From Pirellulales bacterium (GTDB taxonomy: Bacteria; Planctomycetota; Planctomycetia; Pirellulales; PALSA-1355): 64,000 nt of DNA. The stretch covers positions 8,253 to 72,252 of the forward strand of contig JBGSYQ010000371.1 of assembly GCA_041750795.1 (NCBI GenBank), read 5' to 3'. A program made the translations under genes and the position numbers. The notes under the pieces were generated by a model. It searched no databases, had not been told where the DNA came from, and saw nothing but the letters and a program-made list of their open reading frames with translations. Below, one piece after another: positions 46,661 through 56,742 of the stretch. The stretch's first letter is position 1, and the number at the start of each line of letters is the position of its first letter.

Positions 46661-47392
46661 GTGATTCAAGTCGTCGACTTTCACAAGACCTATCGCGATC
46701 TGGCGGCGGTGGCAGGGTTGTCGTTCGAAGTTGCCGCAGGGTCGGTACTCGGCCTGGTCGGTCCGAACGGAGCGGGAAAAACCACGACGCTGCGCACGCT
46801 TTCGGGCATCATTCCGCCCACGCGCGGGCGGCTGATCGTGGCCGGCTTCGACGTCGTGGCCGAGCCGGTGCCGGCCAAGCGCCGGCTGGCTTATGTGCCC
46901 GACGATCCGCGGCTGTTCGACGCTTTGACCGTGTGGGAACATCTCGAGTTCGTCGCGTCGGCCTACGACGTGGGGGATTTCGAAGGAAAAGCCGAAGCGT
47001 CGCTCGAGCTGTTCGAGTTGACGGAAAAGCGAGACACGATCGCGCAGGAACTGTCGCGCGGCATGCGGCAAAAGGTGGCCGTGGCCTGCGCTTATTTGCA
47101 CGATCCGCAAGTGATCTTGTTCGACGAGCCGTTGACCGGCTTGGATCCGCACGGCATTCGCACGCTCAAGGCTTCGATCCGCCAGCGCGCGGCGGCAGGA
47201 GCGGCGATCATCGTCAGCTCGCACTTGCTCTCGTTGGTGGAGGATTTGTGCAGCGACCTGCTCATTCTTCGCAAAGGCCAGTCGCTGTTCCTGGGGCCAG
47301 TGGCCGAAGCTCGTGCCAGGTTCTCGGCGCTGGGACAAGACGCGACTTTGGAGGAAGTGTTCTTTCGGGCGCTCGAGGAGCAAGGGCCGTGA
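46661..47392 (+). CDS. ABC transporter ATP-binding protein
   Basis: 243 aa. Walker A GPNGAGKTT, signature LSRGMRQK and Walker B VILFDEP. GTG start. Confidence 0.92.
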   Translation: MIQVVDFHKTYRDLAAVAGLSFEVAAGSVLGLVGPNGAGKTTTLRTLSGIIPPTRGRLIVAGFDVVAEPVPAKRRLAYVPDDPRLFDALTVWEHLEFVASAYDVGDFEGKAEASLELFELTEKRDTIAQELSRGMRQKVAVACAYLHDPQVILFDEPLTGLDPHGIRTLKASIRQRAAAGAAIIVSSHLLSLVEDLCSDLLILRKGQSLFLGPVAEARARFSALGQDATLEEVFFRALEEQGP

Positions 47393-47420
47393 GGCCGCAG
47401 GGCCATATTGGACGCTTCTC

Positions 47421-49043
47421 ATGAACCGGGCATTGCTCACGCTAATGAAGCTGCGCCTCCGCGGTGCGGGGCGCAAGGTCGTACGAACGATGAAGCGTCC
47501 CAAGGGGGCGCTGTTGGTGCTGTTGAGCGTCGGCCTGCTTACGCTATTGGTGCTGCCCAGCGTGCTGGTGCGCGGACGAGCCGAGTTGCAGGTCGAGAAT
47601 GCCTGGTTTCTCGACGCGGAGGCCCTGTTCGGCCTGTGGCTGTTGATGGTGGTCATCGGGCGTGGCGCCAACGCGATGGTGTTCACGCTGCCCGAAGTGG
47701 AGTTCTTGTTTCCCGGGCCGTTCTCGCGCCGCGAGTTGTTGGCATACAAGCTGGCGCTGGGCACGCTGGCGCCGCTGGGAACGGCGGCCATGATGGTGCT
47801 GTTCCTGGGACGATTCTCGTTGTGGTGGCCGGCGCTGGCGTTGGGCGTGTGGATGGCGTTTGCCTTCATGCAGAATACGTCGCTGTTGCTGCGGTTGATC
47901 GGAAGCTGGATCGTGAATTTGCCGGCCGGCTGGCGCCGATGGCTCGTGGCCGCGGCGGTGGGACTGCTCGCCGTGGCGCTTTGGCAAGCCCGGCCGGCAT
48001 TTGCGCCCGAACTGACATGGACAGACCGCTTGGCGATCGTGGAATCGACCTGGCCGGCACGAGCCGCATTGGCGCCGTTCGAGGTCTTCAGCCGTTTGCT
48101 GCAGACCCATGCCGGCGCCGAGCTGGCGACGTGGTTTGCGGTGGCGCTGGCCATGAATGCAGCGGTCGTCGTGTTGATTCTGTGGAGCGACGCCAATTTT
48201 CTCGAAGCCAGCCTGGCTGCCAGCCAGAAGCGTTACGAACTGCTGCAGCGTGCGCGCCGCGGCGGAGGCATGCCGTCGATCGGCCTGCGCAGCAAGCCTC
48301 GCCTCAGCTTGCCGCGGTTTCCACGATTGGGCGGAGCGGGACCGGTCGCCTGGCGGCAGGCGCTCGACCTGTTGCGCAATTCGGCGCGGTTGCTCTTCGT
48401 GCTGCCAGCGGTGATCGCCATGGGAGCGCCGGCGGTCATGGCCGGGCCGCATGGGCTGACCGTGTCGGTCATCGTGTTGACCTTCTTCGTGTCGTTCTTG
48501 ATTTCGACCGTGATGCCGCTCGGACTGCGCGCCGATTTACACCACGTCGAAGCGTTGAAGGCTTTGCCCGTTCGGCCTGCATTGGTTGTGTGTGGGTCGA
48601 TCGCCGCGGCCGTGCTCTATCCGACCATCGTGCAAATCGCCGTCTTGCTGCTGCTGACGGCGATCTCCGGGCAGTGGCCGTTGGCAAGCACGCTGTCGGC
48701 TTGCTTCGTGCTGCCGTTGAACCTGCTGCTGGTGTCGATCGACAGCGTGTTGGTGCTGTTGTATCCGTCGACACGGCACGTCACGGCCGGCGATCCGCTG
48801 GCGGGCGCACGCATGATGCTGGTCTATATGGTCAAGTATCTGTACCTGTTGCTGGCCGCGATCGTGCCGGGACTTTGGATCGTGGCGGTCAACCTTGCAA
48901 TGGGCGATTCGAGTGACGCGATCGGCGTGATGGCCGCCGGCGCTTGGATGGCCATGTTCGTCGAAGGCGCGCTAACGGTCTGGCTGGCAAGCTGGTTATT
49001 CGCGCGCTTCGACCCCAGCCTGGAGGACGCGGTGGAGCGCTAA
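47421..49043 (+). CDS. Multi-pass membrane protein, putative ABC exporter permease partner
   Basis: About 540 aa from ATG 47421 with about 10-12 hydrophobic segments. It lies 28 nt downstream of the ABC ATPase. It resembles the 'putative ABC exporter' family, but I could not verify that. Confidence 0.6.
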   Translation: MNRALLTLMKLRLRGAGRKVVRTMKRPKGALLVLLSVGLLTLLVLPSVLVRGRAELQVENAWFLDAEALFGLWLLMVVIGRGANAMVFTLPEVEFLFPGPFSRRELLAYKLALGTLAPLGTAAMMVLFLGRFSLWWPALALGVWMAFAFMQNTSLLLRLIGSWIVNLPAGWRRWLVAAAVGLLAVALWQARPAFAPELTWTDRLAIVESTWPARAALAPFEVFSRLLQTHAGAELATWFAVALAMNAAVVVLILWSDANFLEASLAASQKRYELLQRARRGGGMPSIGLRSKPRLSLPRFPRLGGAGPVAWRQALDLLRNSARLLFVLPAVIAMGAPAVMAGPHGLTVSVIVLTFFVSFLISTVMPLGLRADLHHVEALKALPVRPALVVCGSIAAAVLYPTIVQIAVLLLLTAISGQWPLASTLSACFVLPLNLLLVSIDSVLVLLYPSTRHVTAGDPLAGARMMLVYMVKYLYLLLAAIVPGLWIVAVNLAMGDSSDAIGVMAAGAWMAMFVEGALTVWLASWLFARFDPSLEDAVER

Positions 49044-49144
49044 CCAGAGGTTGACGGCGCTGGTGGCGAATGCGCCTGCCTCGGGTTAGCATAGAGGTTC
49101 CCCTCCTGCGGCTGGATTGCGGAACCGGTGAAAGGCCCCTCGTC

Positions 49145-50104
49145 ATGGCGGAAGTTGCCACCACGGCCAAGAAGATCATCGCCAACGTGGAGACGGCGAT
49201 CGTCGGCAAGCGATCGCAAATCGTGTTGTCGCTGGTTTCCTGGTTTTGCGAAGGGCACATCCTGCTGGAAGACGTGCCGGGCGTCGCCAAAACGATGCTG
49301 GCCAGAGCGTTGGCGGCCAGCGTGGGGTGCTCGTTCCGCCGCATTCAGTGTACCCCCGATCTGCTGCCCACCGACGTCACCGGGGCGTCGATCTTCAATC
49401 CCAAGACGACCGCCTTCGAGTTTCGCGCCGGGCCGATCTTCGCGCAAATTGTGCTGGCCGACGAAATCAACCGCGCTACGCCCCGCACGCAGGCGGCGCT
49501 GCTGGAAGCGATGGCCGAGGCGCGCGTCACCGTCGACGGCACGACGCACGTGCTGGAGCGGCCGTTCCTGGTGATTGGCACGCAGAACCCCGTCGATCAC
49601 GAGGGCACGTTTCCGCTGCCCGAGGCGCAGTTGGACCGCTTTCTGGTGCGATTCAGCCTGGGTTATCCGACGATGGACCAGGAACTGAAGATGCTGGAGA
49701 TGCTGGAGCAGGCGCATCCGTTGGACAAATTGGCGCCAGTGGTGTCCGCGGCCGATCTGATCGCTGCGCAGCAATCCGTGCGGCAGGTCCACGTCGATGA
49801 CAAGGTGCGCCGCTATCTGATGCAATTGGTACACGAGACGCGCGAGCACGACGAGCTGAGCCTGGGCGCCAGCCCTCGCGCTTCGCTGGCCTTGTTTCGC
49901 ACGGGCCAGGCGATGGCGGCCATCCTGGGGCGCAATTTCGTGCTGCCCGATGACGTAAAGCGTGTGGCACCGGCCGTGCTGACCCACCGACTGATCGTGC
50001 GGCCCGAAAGCCGACTGCGGAAGGTGACGGCCGCGGCCATCGTCGAGGAGATTCTGAGTGAGGTTCCCGTTCCCACCATGCCGGCCGAGTCGCGAGCCTC
50101 ATGA
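49145..50104 (+). CDS. MoxR-family AAA+ ATPase
   Basis: About 319 aa from ATG 49145. Motifs HILLEDVPGVAKT (Walker A variant), VLADEINRATPRTQAALLEAM (Walker B) and LDRFL. Confidence 0.92.
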   Translation: MAEVATTAKKIIANVETAIVGKRSQIVLSLVSWFCEGHILLEDVPGVAKTMLARALAASVGCSFRRIQCTPDLLPTDVTGASIFNPKTTAFEFRAGPIFAQIVLADEINRATPRTQAALLEAMAEARVTVDGTTHVLERPFLVIGTQNPVDHEGTFPLPEAQLDRFLVRFSLGYPTMDQELKMLEMLEQAHPLDKLAPVVSAADLIAAQQSVRQVHVDDKVRRYLMQLVHETREHDELSLGASPRASLALFRTGQAMAAILGRNFVLPDDVKRVAPAVLTHRLIVRPESRLRKVTAAAIVEEILSEVPVPTMPAESRAS

Positions 50105-51408
50105 AGTGGTTTCTTGGCGCCGTATTGCTGCTGGTCGTGGCCCTGGTGTTCAACCTGGGACTGCTGGCCTACGCCATGTATGCGTTGTTGGGCGTGATGC
50201 TGGTGAGCCGCTTTCTGTCCCGGGCCTGGTCCGACAACCTGGACGCCACGCGCGAGTGCAATCGGTTGACGGCCAACGTGGGCGAAGACGTGGCCGTGGT
50301 GATCACGGTGGAGAACAAGGGCGCGCTGCCGGTCGCCTGGCTGTTGTTGGAGGACTTGTTGCCCCGGCACGCGGTGATCTACGATCCGCCCAGTTTGAAG
50401 GTCTCCGGCCGGCGGCTGCAATTGGCCATGTTTGCCCGGCGCGGCCGCAAAACGCTGTACTATCAACTGCAGTGCAACCGGCGCGGGTACTATCAAATCG
50501 GCCCGCTGGTGCTCGAGACGGGCGACGTCTTCGGGCTGCACCGTCGTTATCGCGTGGCCACCGAGCCGCACTTCCTGCTGGTCTATCCGCAGGTGCAGCC
50601 GCTGGCAGGCTACGACGTTTCTTCGCGTCGACCGATCGGCGAAGTGCGCATGAGCTATCGCCTGTTCGAAGATCCCACGCGTGTGGCCGGCGTGCGGCGC
50701 TACGAATCGGGCGACGCCATGAATCGCATTCACTGGCACGCTACGGCCCGCACGGGCATCCTGCACAGCAAGGTGTACGAACCGTCGACCGTGGCGGGCG
50801 CCACGATCCTGCTCGACTTTCATCAGCAGAGCTTTGATGCGCGGCACGAGCCGTATCGCTCGGAACTGGCAGTGACCGTAGCGGCATCGCTGGCTAACGC
50901 CGTTTATCTGATGGGGCAGCAGGTGGGACTGGTCAGCAACGGGCGCGACGCGGCCGATCGCATTCGGCAGGAAGGCTGGCAGTTTGACATCCGCTCGCGC
51001 AGCGCCGCGCAACAGGCCGCCGGCATGAAAGTGGTCAGCGACCGGCTGACGCCCCTGGTGGTCGACACCCGCCGCGGAGAGGACCAGTTGATGCGCATCC
51101 TGGAGACGCTCGCACGGGTAGAATTGACCGACGGGCTGAACGTCGCCCAACTAGTGTCCGAAACGGGCAGCCGGCTGCCGCGAGACGCCACGATCGTGGC
51201 GATCGTCACCAGCGTTAGCGAAGAGACGGCCGTGGCATTGGGCAACTTGCGGCGGCGCGGATTCGCCGTGACGGCCATTGTCAACGTATACGAAGACCGC
51301 GACTATGCCGAGGCGGCCGGCAAGCTGCTGGCCGAGCGCATCGAGACGCGACACCTGAAGGACGAAGCAGCGGTAAGCGAGATCTGCCGGATGCATGTGT
51401 TGCGATGA
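50101..51408 (+). CDS. DUF58 domain protein (MoxR partner)
   Basis: 435 aa. Its start overlaps the MoxR stop (ATGA). Two N-terminal TM segments and the DUF58 core VRRYESGDAMNRIHWHATARTGILHSKVYE. Confidence 0.85.
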   Translation: MKWFLGAVLLLVVALVFNLGLLAYAMYALLGVMLVSRFLSRAWSDNLDATRECNRLTANVGEDVAVVITVENKGALPVAWLLLEDLLPRHAVIYDPPSLKVSGRRLQLAMFARRGRKTLYYQLQCNRRGYYQIGPLVLETGDVFGLHRRYRVATEPHFLLVYPQVQPLAGYDVSSRRPIGEVRMSYRLFEDPTRVAGVRRYESGDAMNRIHWHATARTGILHSKVYEPSTVAGATILLDFHQQSFDARHEPYRSELAVTVAASLANAVYLMGQQVGLVSNGRDAADRIRQEGWQFDIRSRSAAQQAAGMKVVSDRLTPLVVDTRRGEDQLMRILETLARVELTDGLNVAQLVSETGSRLPRDATIVAIVTSVSEETAVALGNLRRRGFAVTAIVNVYEDRDYAEAAGKLLAERIETRHLKDEAAVSEICRMHVLR

Positions 51409-51503
51409 AATGACCATAATGTATTGAGTAATCGCATGAGCCACTGGCGGCGCACGCCACCGGTGGCACATTGAAAGTTTTCGCTGAAGCAGCACCAATA
51501 CCC

Positions 51504-53630
51504 ATGGCACGTCGACTGCATCATACGGCCTACGACTACGTGGTGATCGCGCTGAGTCCGGCGTTGATCATGACGCTGGTCGGCAGTCTGGTGTTTTTTT
51601 TGATCACGGTGTTTTACCAAGGGGCCTTTCCCGCGCGATTGCACTGGGTGATGGCCTGCTTCGTGTTTGCGGCCGTGTTGATCGGGCGGATCTCGATCGA
51701 AGAGGGGCTCGAGCGCGCCATGCCCTTTGGCGCGGCGCTGGCCATCGTGGTGGGCATCGCCGCCAATCGATTCGTGGAGTATCAGGGGAGCTGGGTCGAC
51801 CATTTTGGCTGGCTCATCAACTGGACACTGATCGGCGTGGTCTGGTGGTGTGCCCACAAGTTGACTTGGGACTGCACAGTGATCGACGATGCGCAGGACG
51901 CATCGGGCGAAGGCTTGATGCAGATCGTCGGGCTCGAAGGGCCTCAGGACGCCGAGGCGGCGACTGCACCAAACCCCGATCCGCTGGCGGTCGAGGGCAC
52001 CACGTCGCGCGACGTGCCCGCCGGCTGGTGGCAGCGCTATGTCGAGCACCAGCACCGACCGCACGCACCGGGGGTGTGGGTCGTCTACTTTTCGTTGGCC
52101 GCACTGCCGCTGTTCGGCATCGGCCAGTGGTTCATTCCCGCGACGGCCACCGGCGCGCGGCGCTATGTGTTTTGGCTGTTGTGCGTGTATGTCGCCAGCG
52201 GGCTAGGACTGCTGGTGACCACCAGCTTCCTGGGTCTGCGGCGCTATTTGCGGCAGCGGCGCATCGAGATGCCGGCGACCATGTCGAACTTGTGGCTGGG
52301 GACCGGCGCGGTGCTGATCGGGGTGCTGCTGCTGTTGGCCACGTTGCTCCCCAGGCCGAGCGCCGAATATGCGATTTCACAATTGCCGATTACTGTTGGC
52401 TCGCCCGGCAGCCGGCAGAGCTCGCCCTTTGCGCCCGATCCGAGCGAAGCACCCGACGATGGCCGCACCGGCCAGGGACAAGCGGCCGATGCGGCCGATG
52501 ACCGCGGCAGCGATGACGCGGATCAGGCAGAGCAGTCAGGCAGCATTCGCGAAGGCGCTGCCGCCAGCCAGTCGCCCGAGCAAGCCCAAGGCCAACCGGC
52601 CGGCGCAACGGACACCACGCCGCCTGCTGATGGTACCGGCAGCAGCAACCCGTCAGCAGACGACAGTCCTGGCGCGGACGGTGGAAAAACTGACACAGCA
52701 GCGTCGTCATCCGGACAAGCGGGTGACAGCCAGGGCGAATCTGCCGGCGGAGATCGCCAAGGCAGCCAGGACCAGGATCAGCAAGGACAGGGCAGCAGCG
52801 AACCGGCCGATCCCGACTCACGCAAGTCACGCTACGAGAAATTCCAAGAGGCGGTGGCCGCCCGGCAAAAAGCGCAGCGAGAGCGGCGGGAAACGCAGCG
52901 CAGCGACGACGCGCAGTCGGACGATTCATCGAAGCAAGCGGGCGATTCGAGCACCAAAGCGGGCGACGGCGACCAGCAACCGCCCGACGAGGAGCAGACG
53001 GAGGAGAAGCAAGCGTCCGGCGCAGGTCCCGCTGCAAAGCAGGACCATTCAAACGGCAAGTCAGGGGAGACGGCCCAGCCCGACGCGACGTTTCAACCGC
53101 CGTCGATTCGAAGTCCACCGCTCGGATTTCTGGCCGTTCTTTTCAAATGGGCCTTCTACGTGGCGTTCGCGCTGGCGGTCGGCTATTTCGTGTGGCGCTA
53201 TTGGGAAGACGTGCTGAGGGCGATTCGCGATTTTTGGGCGGGCCTGTGGGGTCGCACGACAGCGGGCAACGCGTCGGCGGACGATCCGGTGGCCGTCAAA
53301 GTCCCGCCTGCGGCGTTTTCGACGTATGCCGATCCATTCGCCACGGGCGTGGCAGCTCGCTATCCGCTGGAAGAGCTGGTTCGCTACAGCTTCGAGGCGT
53401 TCGAAGCCTGGTCGCGCGAGCACGGCTGCAAGCGCCAGCCGGAACAAACGCCGCACGAACTGGCGCGCGACGTCGCCAGGCTGAACGCACCGATGGCAGT
53501 CGATGCCCGTAATCTGGCCGAGCTTTACTCCCGCGCCGCCTTCGCCCGTGGCGAGCTACCCGACACCACGCGCCAGCAGTTGCAGCATGCCTGGCAAACG
53601 ATGCGGCAGACCAGCGACGCGCCGTTGTAG
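51504..53630 (+). CDS. Membrane protein with a long acidic low-complexity region and a DUF4129-like C-terminus
   Basis: Several N-terminal TM segments, then a roughly 250-aa Asp/Gln/Ser/Gly-rich disordered stretch, a further TM segment, and a C-terminal region (ELARDV...LYSRAAFARGE) recalling DUF4129. Start uncertain (ATG 51504 or TTG 51471). Confidence 0.6.
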   Translation: MARRLHHTAYDYVVIALSPALIMTLVGSLVFFLITVFYQGAFPARLHWVMACFVFAAVLIGRISIEEGLERAMPFGAALAIVVGIAANRFVEYQGSWVDHFGWLINWTLIGVVWWCAHKLTWDCTVIDDAQDASGEGLMQIVGLEGPQDAEAATAPNPDPLAVEGTTSRDVPAGWWQRYVEHQHRPHAPGVWVVYFSLAALPLFGIGQWFIPATATGARRYVFWLLCVYVASGLGLLVTTSFLGLRRYLRQRRIEMPATMSNLWLGTGAVLIGVLLLLATLLPRPSAEYAISQLPITVGSPGSRQSSPFAPDPSEAPDDGRTGQGQAADAADDRGSDDADQAEQSGSIREGAAASQSPEQAQGQPAGATDTTPPADGTGSSNPSADDSPGADGGKTDTAASSSGQAGDSQGESAGGDRQGSQDQDQQGQGSSEPADPDSRKSRYEKFQEAVAARQKAQRERRETQRSDDAQSDDSSKQAGDSSTKAGDGDQQPPDEEQTEEKQASGAGPAAKQDHSNGKSGETAQPDATFQPPSIRSPPLGFLAVLFKWAFYVAFALAVGYFVWRYWEDVLRAIRDFWAGLWGRTTAGNASADDPVAVKVPPAAFSTYADPFATGVAARYPLEELVRYSFEAFEAWSREHGCKRQPEQTPHELARDVARLNAPMAVDARNLAELYSRAAFARGELPDTTRQQLQHAWQTMRQTSDAPL

Positions 53631-53679
53631 CGGTCCGGATACAGACGGCAGCAAGGATCGCCGAGCACCGTGGGATGCG

Positions 53680-55077
53680 TCATTTCGCCGCATCGCGTAG
53701 CGACTGCCACTTGGCCCGCATTTCCGCCAGAGTCGCAGTGTGCTGTTCGTCGCGAGCCAGATTGAATTCTTCCAGCGGATCGGCTGCAAGGTCGTATATC
53801 TCTTCGTAGAGCGGCTCAGACTCCGTGAATCGCATGTACTTCCAACGCGTGGTGCGCACGCCTTCGCTCGGCGGAATGCGTGGGTGCGCAAAAAGGTGTT
53901 CGTAGAAGAACTCCTGCGTCCAGGCTGGCGACTGGCCGGCAACCAACGGCCCCAGGTCCTTGCCCTGCATACGCTGGGGAGCCGCGACGCCGGCCATGGC
54001 CAGCATGGTCGGCGCCATGTCGATGTTCAGCGCCGTTTCGCTGCGCCGCGTGCCGGCTCGCGTGCCGGCTAGTCGCGGATCGACCACGATCAGCGGAATG
54101 CGGATCGAAACGTCGTGTGCGTACCACTTGCCGGCAAAGCCGTACTCGCCCAGATAGAACCCATGATCCGAGGTGAAGATGATGACCGTGTTGTCCGCCA
54201 ACCGGCGTTTTTCCAGCTCGGCGACGATGCGTCCCACTTCGTCGTCGACTTCGGTGATCAACCGGTAGTATCCTTTCACGCATTCCTGATAGCGTGCCGG
54301 ACCCCAGAACCGTGCGGCCCAGCGCGCTCGATTCTCGGAGTTTTTCAGAAACTCTGGCAGCCGGTCGTAGTATTCGCTGGCCGCCAGCTTCGGCGCGGGA
54401 ATGGCCACACCGTTGTACCAGGCCTCGTGCGCCGGATCGTAGCGGAATGGCTGCTCGTTGACGCTGGGAGAGTCCTGCACGTGCGGCGCCTTGAAGCTGA
54501 TCGACAGCGCAAATGGCCGATCGGCCGGGGCACCAGCCAGGAACTCCAGTGCCTGGTCGCCCATCAACCGCGTCAGGTGGACCTGCTTGCCGTCGCGCTT
54601 GACGAAGTATCGTCCCTGTCCGGGAAACGTGCGGTCGTAGTCGAACGCGCCTACGGGTGGATCGCCTACGCCCCATTTGCCAATAAATCCGACGTGATAG
54701 CCAGCCGACTTGAGCAGCGCGGGATACGTGGCAGCCAGTTGCTCGGAAGTGAACGGCGTGCGAAAGTCCCAAATCCCGTGTCGCGCGGCATATTGCCCGG
54801 AGAGGATCGACGCGCGGCTGGTCATGCAAATTGCGGTGGTCACGAAGGCATTGTCGAACGTCACGCCGCGCCGCGACAGGGCATCGATATGCGGTGTGCG
54901 AATCAGCGTGTTGCCCATGCAGCCCAAGGTGTCCGCACGCTGGTCGTCGGTGAGCAGAAAAATGATGTTCGGCCGCTGGGGTTCATCGGCGCAAACGGCA
55001 CCAGGCAACCCCAAGCAAGCTGCAAGGATGACCGATAGCACGAACCGGCGGCGGTAAAGACGCGATGACGATGGCAT
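53680..55077 (-). CDS. S1 sulfatase with a variant active-site motif C-M-T-S-R
   Basis: Signal peptide, NIIFLLTDDQRADTLGCMG...RTPHIDAL, active-site pentapeptide CMTSR (54814-54828) followed by ASILSG, and HGFYLGE later. Confidence 0.85.
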   Translation of the reverse strand: MPSSSRLYRRRFVLSVILAACLGLPGAVCADEPQRPNIIFLLTDDQRADTLGCMGNTLIRTPHIDALSRRGVTFDNAFVTTAICMTSRASILSGQYAARHGIWDFRTPFTSEQLAATYPALLKSAGYHVGFIGKWGVGDPPVGAFDYDRTFPGQGRYFVKRDGKQVHLTRLMGDQALEFLAGAPADRPFALSISFKAPHVQDSPSVNEQPFRYDPAHEAWYNGVAIPAPKLAASEYYDRLPEFLKNSENRARWAARFWGPARYQECVKGYYRLITEVDDEVGRIVAELEKRRLADNTVIIFTSDHGFYLGEYGFAGKWYAHDVSIRIPLIVVDPRLAGTRAGTRRSETALNIDMAPTMLAMAGVAAPQRMQGKDLGPLVAGQSPAWTQEFFYEHLFAHPRIPPSEGVRTTRWKYMRFTESEPLYEEIYDLAADPLEEFNLARDEQHTATLAEMRAKWQSLRDAAK

Positions 55078-55292
55078 GAGGGGGTCCCGTAGCGGTGTTC
55101 AGGGGGGCCGATGTCTGGATCTAACCACGCGGCGCCTAAGGCCGCAAGCAGCATGCCCATGGTAACCACCCCGAAACCTGGCGACAGACGGGCGGCAGTT
55201 GACAGCCGCGGTGTGCCGTTCGGAGAATGGACTCGGAGCGATTGGGTGTGGAAAACGCCGGAACGGAGATTCCGGTCAACGGGAGGCGAAGC

Positions 55293-56627
55293 GTGCGTGC
55301 CGCTGCGCTGTTTTTCTTGATGGGTTGCCTGGCATTGATCGCGGGGCCGACGTCGGCGCCGGGGGCCGACACGCTCGAGCAGTTCAAGCAGGCCAAGTCG
55401 GACCTTATGCCGCTGCTGCGGAGCAAGGATCCGCAGGACCGCATCGAGGCCCTCAAGCGGCTGCAAAACTTTCCGGTTGAGGATGCCGTGCGGATGATCC
55501 GCACGCGGGTGAACGACGAAGATCCAGGCGTGAGCCGCCAGGCGGTCGAAATCCTGCGTGCGATGAACGACAATCACGAGGTTTGCGAGACGCTGCTGGT
55601 GGCGGCCAGACGCGCCCTGCGCGCTGGCAGCAGCGGGGCGTCGGCCGATATCTCGATCCTGCTCTCGTCGCGATTGCACAGCACCCAGCGCGCGGTCGAT
55701 GCGTTGCTGACCGAAGTCGCCGCTTCACGGAACGGCGCCGAGGCGATTATCAACTTGCTTGACGAAATGGCGGCCCGGCGCGATCCGCGCGACGTGATCG
55801 CCTTGGAGCATCTTGCCAGCACGCACGTCTTCGACAGCCATTTTGGCGTTCGCCGCACGATCGTCTTTGCGCTGACCATGATTCCCAGCAAGGAGTCGGT
55901 GGGCGTGCTGATCGGCCTGTTGGATCGCGTGGGGGGCGAAGCGCGGGCAGACGGCGTCGAGCACCTGGTGCAGGTCACCGGCGAGAACTTTGGACTCGAC
56001 AGTGCGCGCTGGCAAGACTGGTGGCGCCAGCAGAAAGACGCATATGCGTATCCCAACGTGATGGTTCGGGCCGGCTATCGCGGCACGCTCTCCGAGGGAG
56101 AATCGGGATCGTACTACGAGATGCCCATCTTTGCCGAGAAGATGGTGTTCGTGCTCGACATTTCCGGCAGCATGGGTGGGCCGCGGATCGTGGCCGCCAA
56201 GCGTGAACTGCTGGCCGCCATCGGCGGGCTGAGAGAATCGTCGCAGTTCGGCATCGTGGTGTTCAACGATCGGGCCAACTGCTGGCAGCGGCAACTGGTG
56301 CCGGCCAACGATCGCAACAAGCAAGCCGCCAAGGTCTACGTCGACGGGCTCGGCGTGGGCGGCTCGACCGCCTCGTACAGCGCCTTGGACCTGGCGTTCA
56401 CGTTCGATACCGAGGCGATCTATTTTCTCTCTGACGGAGCGCCCACCACTGGCACGCTGATAGCGCCGGTCGACATCGTGGCGGCAGTCACCGCCAACAA
56501 CAAGCTGCGCCGCATCAGTCTGTACACCATCGGCGTTGGCGCGGGTTTTCCCGGCAGCCCATTGGACGTGTTTCTGAAGACCCTGGCCGAGCAAAACCTG
56601 GGTGTTTACCGCCGCGTCGACCGATAG
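55293..56627 (+). CDS. Secreted HEAT-repeat + von Willebrand factor A (VWA) domain protein
   Basis: GTG 55293 lies 6 nt after GGGAGG and gives a signal peptide (AALFFLMGCLALIAG). HEAT-like repeats (DPQDRIEALKRL..., DPGVSRQAVEIL...). VWA MIDAS motif VFVLDISGSMGG and later FLSDGAPT. Confidence 0.75.
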   Translation: MRAAALFFLMGCLALIAGPTSAPGADTLEQFKQAKSDLMPLLRSKDPQDRIEALKRLQNFPVEDAVRMIRTRVNDEDPGVSRQAVEILRAMNDNHEVCETLLVAARRALRAGSSGASADISILLSSRLHSTQRAVDALLTEVAASRNGAEAIINLLDEMAARRDPRDVIALEHLASTHVFDSHFGVRRTIVFALTMIPSKESVGVLIGLLDRVGGEARADGVEHLVQVTGENFGLDSARWQDWWRQQKDAYAYPNVMVRAGYRGTLSEGESGSYYEMPIFAEKMVFVLDISGSMGGPRIVAAKRELLAAIGGLRESSQFGIVVFNDRANCWQRQLVPANDRNKQAAKVYVDGLGVGGSTASYSALDLAFTFDTEAIYFLSDGAPTTGTLIAPVDIVAAVTANNKLRRISLYTIGVGAGFPGSPLDVFLKTLAEQNLGVYRRVDR

Positions 56628-56742
56628 CCGGCGGCACGCTCGCACACTCGTCCTTGCCAGGGGCGATAGGCGTCCACTATCATCGGACTTCCCCACCCCA
56701 TGAACCTTCCCGATCCTTCTGCCCGAGGGCCGAATCAATTCC

